Virus record (IMG/VR): IMGVR_UViG_3300034175_000081
DNA length: 51,677 nt
Source: a virus
Direction: 5' to 3' (one strand)
Made by a program: the position numbers and the translations under genes
The notes under the pieces: generated by a model
The model's database searches: none
Told to the model about the DNA's origin: nothing
What the model saw: only the letters and a program-made list of their open reading frames with translations
Part shown: piece by piece, positions 24,493 to 31,360 of the stretch
Position numbering within the stretch: position 1 is the first letter of the stretch
How the letters are laid out: each line of letters starts with the position of its first letter

Positions 24493-24695
24493 GTCGAGTG
24501 CCAGAAACAGCGGTCAGGGTCGGTGATGTCGCAACAGCCGCAATGATCGTCCGAGTCCCATTCGACTTCATGGCCGTCGTCGGTCCAGGCGATATGGGGG
24601 CCGGCATGGTTGACCGCCAGCGGGCACCCGCGCAGCTCGCCGAGCCGGTTTTCGAACGGCCGCCTGGCCGGGGGCAGGACATGACACGCGGTCAA
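24489..24695 (-). CDS. Small Cys/His-rich protein (68 aa)
   Basis: TTG start in a TTGA overlap. Contains DDHCGCCDITDPDRCFWH. Confidence 0.55.
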   Translation of the reverse strand: MTACHVLPPARRPFENRLGELRGCPLAVNHAGPHIAWTDDGHEVEWDSDDHCGCCDITDPDRCFWHST

Positions 24696-25042
24696 CGCAC
24701 GTCGGCCAGGTCGGGGTCGCTCGGGTCAACGCCGTTCGCCTCGGCCATCGCCCGATAATTGTCGAACAGCTCCAGGCCGCCGCTTCGGTCGAGCCGGTCG
24801 AGCCGGTGGAATGAATAGGCCAGGCGAACGGCAAGGTTATGATCGGCCCCGCGCTCCAGGAACCCGGCGCACGCCATCGCGTCGCCGTCGGAAGTTTTGT
24901 GGCAAGTGAATATGCCGAACGACATATCGCGCGCGGTGGCGGCCAGCTCGCGAAACCGGTCGGGTCGAAACTCGCCTGGCGGGACATCGGTTCGCCAGGG
25001 GCAATTCGCGCACGGCCGGCGCGTAGCGGGAAGGTCGTTCAC
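24692..25042 (-). CDS. DUF6283-like protein (116 aa)
   Basis: GTG 25042 in a GTGA overlap with the RNase H stop. Contains RRPCANCPWRTDVPPGEF...FTCHKTSDGDAMACAGFL. The family assignment is from memory of the CxxCPWR pattern. Confidence 0.6.
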   Translation of the reverse strand: MNDLPATRRPCANCPWRTDVPPGEFRPDRFRELAATARDMSFGIFTCHKTSDGDAMACAGFLERGADHNLAVRLAYSFHRLDRLDRSGGLELFDNYRAMAEANGVDPSDPDLADVR

Positions 25043-25632
25043 GCCCCGACCTCCCGAGCCTGGCGAAGGCGTCGGCTTTCCTGTTCGCCGATCATCGCTT
25101 CGTGTTGCTCTTTGCGCTCGCGCCGCCGCTGTCGGCCCGCCACCTGTTCGACTAAGGCGTTGTAACCGGCCGGCTTGCGACCGTCGCGAATGGCGCTGCA
25201 AAGATGATCGCACCGGATATTATGGATCGCGTGCGGGTCCGCGCTGTCTAGCCGCTGGTGCCCCCTTACCCATTTCGCCCGCAACGCGATCCCGTGTCGC
25301 TCGGCCAGGTCCAGGACATAGCCGACGGCCTTTCCGATCGTCGGACACTTCGCGTTGCGCGCCGCGCCGTTGATCCGGCCGACCGCGCCGCGATTATCCG
25401 AACGCATCGTGACCAGGTCGCCGCCCTCCACAAGGCCGTTGATGCGCGCGAAGTGAAGGGCGTTCGCCATTGCCGCGGCCTCGACAGCGGTCGACGACGG
25501 GAAGTTCCCGCGCAGCGCGCCGGCCGATTCGTGACGCTCATCACCGCGCAGCACGACGCACGCCCACGCGCCCCGGCCGCCCTTCACAATGCTGGCGTCG
25601 GTGTAAATGTCGACGTTCACCCGACCAGCCAT
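25039..25632 (-). CDS. RNase HI-like ribonuclease H with a basic C-terminal tail
   Basis: The DEDD catalytic pattern is recognisable: VDIYTDAS (D), STAVEAAAMANAL (E), TMRSDNRG (D), WVRGHQ...IRCDHL (D). The C-terminus is RQRRRERKEQHEAMIGEQESRRLRQ. Confidence 0.8.
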   Translation of the reverse strand: MAGRVNVDIYTDASIVKGGRGAWACVVLRGDERHESAGALRGNFPSSTAVEAAAMANALHFARINGLVEGGDLVTMRSDNRGAVGRINGAARNAKCPTIGKAVGYVLDLAERHGIALRAKWVRGHQRLDSADPHAIHNIRCDHLCSAIRDGRKPAGYNALVEQVAGRQRRRERKEQHEAMIGEQESRRLRQAREVGA

Positions 25633-25997
25633 TCGAGTTCGGCGCGAATGCCGGGTCGAAGGTCCGTGGCGATGCGCTTCGCGACCATGTCGGCGACAAG
25701 CCCCGACACGTAGTCGGCCGCCCCCTCCCGGCGTTCGGTGCCGCGGAATTCATACACGACGCGCGCGACCCGGTCGCCGACTTGCACGTCGAACCCCTGT
25801 CGCACGGTATAGGGCGCGACATCGAACGACCCGTCGCGGAACGACGACACCGAAAGGTCGGGACTGTCGGGAAGGTGCACGACATAGCCGGCCCTCCGCA
25901 ACAGCTCGGCCGCGTTGGCAATCTCGCGCTCGGCGGCCTCACGCTCGGCGCGTTTCCATTCCGGTTCGCGCCATACCGTTTCGGGGGTCCGCGTCAC
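25617..25997 (-). CDS. Hypothetical protein (126 aa)
   Basis: GTG 25997 in a GTGA overlap with the upstream small TM ORF. The 3' end overlaps the RNase H start by 16 nt. Confidence 0.55.
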   Translation of the reverse strand: MTRTPETVWREPEWKRAEREAAEREIANAAELLRRAGYVVHLPDSPDLSVSSFRDGSFDVAPYTVRQGFDVQVGDRVARVVYEFRGTERREGAADYVSGLVADMVAKRIATDLRPGIRAELEWLVG

Positions 25998-26161
25998 CAG
26001 TGCACCAGCCCGCCGGTGACGGCGGCCATGATGGCGGCCCCGATGACCGCGGCCACTAGCAACAGGATTCCGCAACCCTCGGCCGTCGTGATGCGCTCCA
26101 GGGCGGCGTCGGCGGGGTCGGGCTGTTCGGTGTAAGGCTCGCGCCCGCGATAGTCGGTCAT
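25994..26161 (-). CDS. Small membrane protein (55 aa; below the ORF-track cutoff)
   Basis: Hand translation gives MTDYRGREPYTEQPDPADAALERITTAEGCGILLLVAAVIGAAIMAAVTGGLVHW. ATGA overlap upstream (26158..26161) and GTGA overlap downstream. Confidence 0.5.
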   Translation of the reverse strand: MTDYRGREPYTEQPDPADAALERITTAEGCGILLLVAAVIGAAIMAAVTGGLVHW

Positions 26162-26436
26162 CGTGTTTCGCCTTCGATCATGCCGCGAATGCGGGCGGTT
26201 GAGTCTTCAAGAGCGGTTTCGGCGGCCAGCTTGCACGACACCTTCGCCAGGCGGGCGCGCAGCGGATTCGAGCGACCCTCGACCTGGTCGGCCAGGACAC
26301 CGTTTTTCAGCTCGGCGCACTTCGCCGCGGTCGCGGCCGCCTGGCGGGATAGGTCGCTTTCCTCGGCCACCTGTCGGCAACCCGACATTGCGAGGGCCGC
26401 CATTAGCAGCGCGCCACCTAATCGAACGGTCATCAT
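26158..26436 (-). CDS. Lipoprotein (92 aa)
   Basis: MMTVRLGGALLMAALAMSGCRQV has lipobox M-S-G-C. SD agaggg. The perfect dyad lies 13 nt upstream of the ATG. Confidence 0.7.
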   Translation of the reverse strand: MMTVRLGGALLMAALAMSGCRQVAEESDLSRQAAATAAKCAELKNGVLADQVEGRSNPLRARLAKVSCKLAAETALEDSTARIRGMIEGETR

Positions 26437-26449
26437 CGGGTCACCCTCT

Positions 26450-26466
26450 ATTCGTTGTGCGCGAAT
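26450..26466. promoter_or_regulatory. Perfect dyad ATTCG-N7-CGAAT within the island's 30-nt internal intergenic gap (26437..26466)
   Basis: attcgttgtgcgcgaat. In minus sense it reads CGAAT-agagggtgacccg-ATG, i.e. the dyad abuts the SD of the lipoprotein gene with a 13-nt gap to the start codon. Confidence 0.65.
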
Positions 26467-26673
26467 TCATTCGGCCCGTTTGGCCAGGCTGTCAATGACG
26501 ATCGCGCGCGGCCTGGCCTGGACGTGCTCGATGTCGACGGCGGCCGACCTGGCCACGGTGCGCGCGTGCGCCTCGGCGGCGGGCACGTTGTCGAACGGCA
26601 GATTGCCCCACTGGCCGGGAAGCGACAGTCGGACGCCGGGAAGGTGCCGGTGCGTGGTCAGAATGAATTTCAC
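26467..26673 (-). CDS. Hypothetical protein (68 aa)
   Basis: GTG 26673 in a GTGA overlap. Sequence VKFILTTHRHLPGVRLSLPGQWGNLPFDNVP... Confidence 0.5.
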   Translation of the reverse strand: MKFILTTHRHLPGVRLSLPGQWGNLPFDNVPAAEAHARTVARSAAVDIEHVQARPRAIVIDSLAKRAE

Positions 26674-26867
26674 GACTCGACCACCGCGCCGCAGACATCG
26701 CATTCGAGTTCGATCGCCAAGCACGGCCCGCAAGGCCCCCTGTCGCCGTAGCATTCACACCCCGGCGCGGACTCGGGATAGTGCATGTCGCCGATGCAAG
26801 GCTTGCCGTCGAACAGGGCGGCGGGGTTGCCGCTTGTGATCCGGTTGCACCGGTCACCGTCATTCAT
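26670..26867 (-). CDS. Small Cys-rich protein (65 aa, 9 Cys)
   Basis: ATG 26867 in an ATGA overlap. Sequence MNDGDRCNRITSGNPAALFDGKPCIGDMHYPESAPGCECYGDRGPCGPCLAIELECDVCGAVVES. Confidence 0.55.
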   Translation of the reverse strand: MNDGDRCNRITSGNPAALFDGKPCIGDMHYPESAPGCECYGDRGPCGPCLAIELECDVCGAVVES

Positions 26868-27052
26868 TCCGATTGGTTCGGGCATGTCCATTCCTTCGGC
26901 TCGCCGGCCTCGCGCCACGCGCGAATCGCCGGAAGGCTGGTCGTGTCGACGCCCGCCCGGTGGGCGCGCGCTATGATGTTCTGACCCGGCGGCAACAGCT
27001 TGAACACGTTGCGGCCGAAGGTCGACGGGAGGCGGAAGGGGCGGCGGTTCAC
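26864..27052 (-). CDS. Hypothetical protein (62 aa)
   Basis: GTG 27052 in a GTGA overlap. High GC3 in this frame (gtg aac cgc cgc ccc ttc cgc ctc ccg...). Confidence 0.5.
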   Translation of the reverse strand: MNRRPFRLPSTFGRNVFKLLPPGQNIIARAHRAGVDTTSLPAIRAWREAGEPKEWTCPNQSE

Positions 27053-27321
27053 CGCGCGCCAGGGCTGAACACGGCCAGGCCGCCGTTCGACCGGGCCGCC
27101 GCGATCAGCTCGCCCGCGACATCGTTCACCAGCTCGCGACGCTCGGCCGCAAGCCGCTCGGCCCCTTCGTATGCGTCCAGGGCATCGGCCGCCGTGGTCA
27201 GGGCGTGCGCCGCGACCGCCGCCTGGTGCGCCAGCTCCCGGTCGCCCGCCATCCGAAGCCCCACGGCGATGTTCGCCGAGCGCTTGGCCTGTTCGCGCAT
27301 GCTGTCGGTTAGGCGACTCAT
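27049..27321 (-). CDS. Hypothetical helical protein (90 aa)
   Basis: ATG 27321 in an ATGA overlap. Sequence MSRLTDSMREQAKRSANIAVGLRMAGDRELAHQAAVAAHAL... Confidence 0.6.
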   Translation of the reverse strand: MSRLTDSMREQAKRSANIAVGLRMAGDRELAHQAAVAAHALTTAADALDAYEGAERLAAERRELVNDVAGELIAAARSNGGLAVFSPGAR

Positions 27322-27506
27322 GCCGCGACCAGCTCGAAAAAGGCATCCTTGCCGATGCCGTTGGTTTGCGTGGCGACGACCCCGGCCGCGCCCGCGTCGA
27401 TCGACGAAACGCGGGTCAGCTTCACGGGGCTGCCGTCGGCATCCTTGCCGGTGATTGTCATCCCCGCGCCAGTGCGGCGCGCGGTCCAGTTCGTGATTCG
27501 TTGCAT
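27318..27506 (-). CDS. Hypothetical protein (62 aa)
   Basis: ATG 27506 with ggagg 7 nt upstream. Sequence MQRITNWTARRTGAGMTITGKDADGSPVKLTRV... Confidence 0.6.
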   Translation of the reverse strand: MQRITNWTARRTGAGMTITGKDADGSPVKLTRVSSIDAGAAGVVATQTNGIGKDAFFELVAA

Positions 27507-27565
27507 GTTCGGTTCCTCCAGTGGTGCGGGCACCATGCCCGCGGGGGGTTAAGAATTCGTGCCGC

Positions 27566-28309
27566 TTACGCCGCGATCCCCGTGATTTCGGGAAGGGGGC
27601 GGCGCGACATCGACAGCGTGAAGCCAAGCTCGCGTTCTTTGGCGACATAGCGGCCATATAGTTCGGGGTTCAGGCGGGCGGCCGTGGTCAAGTCGGCCTC
27701 GCTCGCCATGATGCAGAAGCAACAGGAAAGGCGGGTCATCCCGGCGGCATACGCCCAATGCGGGGTTTCACCGGCGGCGGCGATGATCGCGAAGACCTCG
27801 CGCTCGGAAACGTCGTGGATCGGAAGCCAATCGAACCATTCTCGGCCCGCCTTGCTGTTGCGATCGTTGCGCTTGAACGCGACCAGCTTCGCGCGACCGC
27901 TCGACTCTTGCGCGCGCATTCCCATACACATGACGACCTGACCGCTGAATTCAGGATGCGCGGCCAGGTAGCGGCGCACTTCGCGTTCGATCGGCCCGCG
28001 CTTAAGGTCGGACGTGCACTGGCGGTTAGCCGGCGAAGGGAACATGCCGCGGCGGTCGACCATGTCGAAAAAGGTCGACGCCGGCTTGGCGATCACCAGC
28101 GGAAGGCCCGCGGTCGTCGCCTCGATATGCTCGATAACGCCTTCCCATTCGACGCCCTCTAGCGACGCGTGCACGACCAGGATTTGCGAGTCCGGCACGA
28201 CCTGGCGAACGGCGAGGGTCATCGCCTGGCTATCCTTGCCGGCGCTATGCGACAGAACGAAAAGCGCGCCGCTGTCGCGAAGGGCGATAACCTGGTCGAG
28301 GGTTTTCAT
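27566..28309 (-). CDS. PAPS-reductase-family PP-loop protein (247 aa), first gene of the reverse island
   Basis: PP-loop LSHSAGKDSQAM (SGGKDS-like, about 28232..28255). C-terminal Cys cluster TRLSCCFCIMAS. Overall length and order are typical of phage PAPS reductase-like proteins. Confidence 0.8.
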   Translation of the reverse strand: MKTLDQVIALRDSGALFVLSHSAGKDSQAMTLAVRQVVPDSQILVVHASLEGVEWEGVIEHIEATTAGLPLVIAKPASTFFDMVDRRGMFPSPANRQCTSDLKRGPIEREVRRYLAAHPEFSGQVVMCMGMRAQESSGRAKLVAFKRNDRNSKAGREWFDWLPIHDVSEREVFAIIAAAGETPHWAYAAGMTRLSCCFCIMASEADLTTAARLNPELYGRYVAKERELGFTLSMSRRPLPEITGIAA

Positions 28310-28322
28310 CGTGGCGCTTCCT

Positions 28323-28339
28323 ATTCGCTGCTGACGAAT
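28323..28339. promoter_or_regulatory. Perfect dyad ATTCG-N7-CGAAT, 13 nt upstream of the PAPS-reductase-like start codon
   Basis: attcgctgctgacgaat. In minus sense it reads CGAAT-aggaagcgccacg-ATG, the same geometry as at 26450..26466. Confidence 0.65.
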
Positions 28340-28351
28340 GATCGTATCGGC

Positions 28352-28369
28352 GCGTTTTGGCCAAAACGC
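28352..28369. promoter_or_regulatory. Perfect 18-bp palindrome GCGTTTTGGCCAAAACGC midway between two dyads
   Basis: Read directly. The centre (28360/61) lies 29.5 and 27.5 bp from the centres of the flanking ATTCG-N7-CGAAT sites. Confidence 0.55.
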
Positions 28370-28379
28370 AACAGGAATA

Positions 28380-28396
28380 ATTCGCGCGCAGCGAAT
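28380..28396. promoter_or_regulatory. Perfect dyad ATTCG-N7-CGAAT upstream of the scaffold/capsid operon
   Basis: attcgcgcgcagcgaat, 61 nt upstream of ATG 28458. Confidence 0.65.
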
Positions 28397-28457
28397 GAAC
28401 CCCGCGCGCGACCGTTCAGGCTGTCAGAAACACGCTCCCGTCGGCTATCTTTCGTGC

Positions 28458-29408
28458 ATGGAAATCGAAGTATTTCGCGCAGGAAACGCCGCCGCAAACG
28501 CGGCCGGGATCACCGCGGCCGACCTGGCCGACATCGCGGCGTTCGATTGCGCCGCGCATCCCGTGCCGAACGTCATCGGCCACCCGTTGACCGACAGCCC
28601 CGCGCGCGACCGCGTCGTGAAGTTCCGCGCCGAGGGCAACAGCCTATTCGCCGACGTGCCGGAAGCGTCGCCCGCATTCGCGCCGGTCGTCGAGGGCATC
28701 CGCAAGTCGGAAATCTTGAACCGGTCGATGGCGTTTTTTGGCAAGTCGCACCCGTCGAACCCGACGCCCGGCAAGCTCGCGCCGAAGCATCTAGGCTTCC
28801 TCGGCGGCGCGGCCCCCGGCGTGTTCGGAATGCCCCCGCTCGCGCAGTCGTTCGCCTTTTCGGCCGACGACGCGCTGTCGATCGCGGGCGACCCCGCCCC
28901 GGCGGTCGTGTTCGAAGCGGCTCCGACCGCCGTTATCACCTTTACCGAACCACCGGCGGCACCGGCCGCCCCGACCCTGGAGAATACCAACGTGACAGAG
29001 GCCGAACAGCTCGCCGCCGACAAGGCCAAGTTCGAAGCCGACAAGGCCGAGCACGACGCGAAGGTCGCGGCATTCGCCGCCGACCAGGCAACCGCCCGCA
29101 AGACGGCCAACGCCGCGACGGTCGACGGCCTGGTCGCCGCAACGAAGGTGCTCCCGTCGGATCGCGACGCCCTGGTCGAGGCGTTCAACGCCGCCGAGGA
29201 AGGTCAGGTGCTCGCATTCGCATCGGACGCCACCAAGGCCGTGTCGCCCGTTTCGATCATCGCCGGCATTCTCGCCAAGGGCGGGAACGTCGTCGAGCTG
29301 TCGGCCGACCCGCTGTCGCCGACCTTCGCCGCCCCGACGGACGCGACCGCCGCGGCCGCCGCGCTCGAAAAGGTCCGCGCCGACAAGCGCGCCAACTACG
29401 GCAAGTAA
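28458..29408 (+). CDS. Capsid scaffolding protein / prohead protease (GPO-like), tentative
   Basis: The N-terminus MEIEVFRAGNAAANAAGITAADLADIAAFDCAAHPVPNVIGHP resembles P2 GPO-type proteins. Ala-rich helical C-terminal half. Position is immediately upstream of decoration and major capsid genes. The start is uncertain: in-frame ATGs at 28338 and 28395 overlap the dyads. Confidence 0.65.
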   Translation: MEIEVFRAGNAAANAAGITAADLADIAAFDCAAHPVPNVIGHPLTDSPARDRVVKFRAEGNSLFADVPEASPAFAPVVEGIRKSEILNRSMAFFGKSHPSNPTPGKLAPKHLGFLGGAAPGVFGMPPLAQSFAFSADDALSIAGDPAPAVVFEAAPTAVITFTEPPAAPAAPTLENTNVTEAEQLAADKAKFEADKAEHDAKVAAFAADQATARKTANAATVDGLVAATKVLPSDRDALVEAFNAAEEGQVLAFASDATKAVSPVSIIAGILAKGGNVVELSADPLSPTFAAPTDATAAAAALEKVRADKRANYGK

Positions 29409-29451
29409 GCCGCCGCTCGCCGCCGCCAGTTAAGACAAAGGACCCGAGACA

Positions 29452-29889
29452 ATGCCCGCACTCCAGAACGTATTCCCGACCCGCATGGATGCCGGCTTGC
29501 CGGGTGGCGCGGCCATGTCGCGCTACAGCTCGGAAACGGGCATCGTCGAGGCCGCCGCGATTGCAGTCGGCGCGGCCGTGATGCGCGGCACCGACGCCCG
29601 CCAGATTAAGACCTTTGCGGCCGGCGGCGGCGCGTTCCTCGGCATCGCGCGCCAGGACAAGGGAATGACCACGGACTCGCTCCCGGTCACGAAGGTCGCC
29701 GCATACTACACGCACGCGTCGGGCGTGTTCGTCGCGTCCGAGGGCGCAATGGCGGTCGACGCACAGGTGCGGTTCAATACCGCAACCGGCAAGTTCACCA
29801 CCGCGGCCGCCAGCGGCACGGTCCTGGATTGCGTCGGCTGGACGGTGGAAACCCCGCCCGTCGGCAATATCGCGATCATCCGCCGCTAA
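29452..29889 (+). CDS. Head decoration/cement protein-like (DUF2190-like)
   Basis: SD aaagga. 145 aa, placed between the scaffold and major capsid genes. Contains GAAVMRGTDARQIK...GIARQD. Confidence 0.6.
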   Translation: MPALQNVFPTRMDAGLPGGAAMSRYSSETGIVEAAAIAVGAAVMRGTDARQIKTFAAGGGAFLGIARQDKGMTTDSLPVTKVAAYYTHASGVFVASEGAMAVDAQVRFNTATGKFTTAAASGTVLDCVGWTVETPPVGNIAIIRR

Positions 29890-29922
29890 GGCACGAAGCA
29901 AAGAGCTAGGGGCACCCTTACA

Positions 29923-30888
29923 ATGACCACCGCATTTCCGAACGCCACCGCCGCGCTTGGCTTCGTCACCGATCAAACCTTCCGCATTGCGACCGAAGTC
30001 GAGCGCGCCGAATATCCGGCGATCGACATCAACGACCTGGTCGTGGTCGAGACGGCCGGCGACCCGTGGGCGAACGGCATCGCACGCTTTACCCTGGACG
30101 GCACCGGCCAGGCCCGTTGGTACGCTGGCGGCGCTAACTCGATGCCGCTCGCCGACGTTCAGACCGGTTCTAGCGTGTTCGCCTATGACCTCGGCGCGCT
30201 CGGCTACGAATTCAATCTGGACAGCGTGAACAAGGCGCGGCTGGCGGGCATCAACCTATCGGATGAATTGGCCTTCTACGCTCGCGAGGGCGCAGAACAG
30301 TTCATCTATTATGTCGGCTTGCTCGGCGACCCGCTGCGCGGCCTGACCGGCCTCATCAACAACGCGCAGATCGTCCAGGGCAACGTTCCCGCCGACGGCG
30401 TTCAGAACGGCATTTCGGCCGGCACCGCGGCGTCGCGCCTGTTCGCGAACAAGACTCCGCAGCAAATCCTTCGCGACCTGAATTCGCTCATCGTCGCGCC
30501 GTTCAACGCGTCGAACCAAATCGCGATGGCCGACACGGTGCTACTGCCGTTCAGTGTCATGCAGTACCTTGACATCACGGTCATTCCGAACACGTCCGAG
30601 ACGTTGCTGACCTTCCTGAACCGGTCGAACAGCTACACCGCGCGCACCGGCCAGGCGATCCGCATCCGCGGCTTGCGCGAGCTGGAAACGGCGGGCGCGG
30701 GCGCGACCAAGCGGATGATTGCGTATGCGCGCAACGGCCGGGTCGCAAAGTTCCATATGCCGATGCCGTTCCAGTTCCTCCCCGTTTGGCAGAACGGCCC
30801 GATGAATTGGCTCGTGCCCGGCATCTTCCGCATCGGCGGCACCGACTGGACGCGGCCCGCCTCGGCGACCTACGCCGACGGCATCTAA
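29923..30888 (+). CDS. Major capsid protein (DUF2184-like)
   Basis: 321 aa, positioned after scaffold and decoration genes. The N-terminus (FVTDQTFRIATEVERAEYPAIDINDLV) and C-terminus (MPMPFQFLPVWQNGPMNW) resemble the DUF2184 major capsid family. Confidence 0.75.
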   Translation: MTTAFPNATAALGFVTDQTFRIATEVERAEYPAIDINDLVVVETAGDPWANGIARFTLDGTGQARWYAGGANSMPLADVQTGSSVFAYDLGALGYEFNLDSVNKARLAGINLSDELAFYAREGAEQFIYYVGLLGDPLRGLTGLINNAQIVQGNVPADGVQNGISAGTAASRLFANKTPQQILRDLNSLIVAPFNASNQIAMADTVLLPFSVMQYLDITVIPNTSETLLTFLNRSNSYTARTGQAIRIRGLRELETAGAGATKRMIAYARNGRVAKFHMPMPFQFLPVWQNGPMNWLVPGIFRIGGTDWTRPASATYADGI

Positions 30889-30929
30889 GCCGACCAGCTC
30901 GACCAGCCTCCAGAACAGGAAACGACACG

Positions 30930-31337
30930 ATGGCAGACGCCGACAGCAAGCCGACCAAGCGCAAGGTGACCAACCTCGACCAGGGGCCGCGCTTCGTGCA
31001 CGCCCTCGGCGTGATGACGGTCATTCCGCGCGGCGCGGCAATCACCGCAACGTTCACCGCGGCGGAAGTCGAGGAAATGACCGACGCGCAATGCAGCGAC
31101 AGCGAGGCCCCGCGCTTCGACGTGTCGACCGCCGAGGGTGACACCCCTCCCGGCCCCACCGAAGCCGAGGGCAAGCCCCTGGCAAGTCAGCCGCTCGCCG
31201 CCCTTCGCAAGATGGCGGCCGACGAAAATTTCGAGCTGACCGGCCGTAAGGACCCGACCACGCAAGCCGACTTGCCCGATTTGAAGTCGGCGGCCGACAT
31301 CGCCGCGGCGATCGAAGCGAAGCGCGCCGCGCAGTAA
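30930..31337 (+). CDS. Hypothetical protein (135 aa) with a C-terminal HeH/Rho-N-like motif
   Basis: ATG 30930 with SD caggaaa. Contains LAALRKMAADENFELTG. Followed by a double stop and a hairpin terminator. Confidence 0.65.
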   Translation: MADADSKPTKRKVTNLDQGPRFVHALGVMTVIPRGAAITATFTAAEVEEMTDAQCSDSEAPRFDVSTAEGDTPPGPTEAEGKPLASQPLAALRKMAADENFELTGRKDPTTQADLPDLKSAADIAAAIEAKRAAQ

Positions 31338-31360
31338 TAAACCCGGCCTGGCCGGATACG

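Noticed and set aside
28338-28457. ATG 28338 or ATG 28395 as the start of the scaffold/protease gene
   Set aside because: Both ATGs are formed by the right half-site of a dyad (CGAATG), and the intervening codons have weak GC3 bias. 28458 gives an N-terminus resembling GPO-type proteins. The start remains uncertain.
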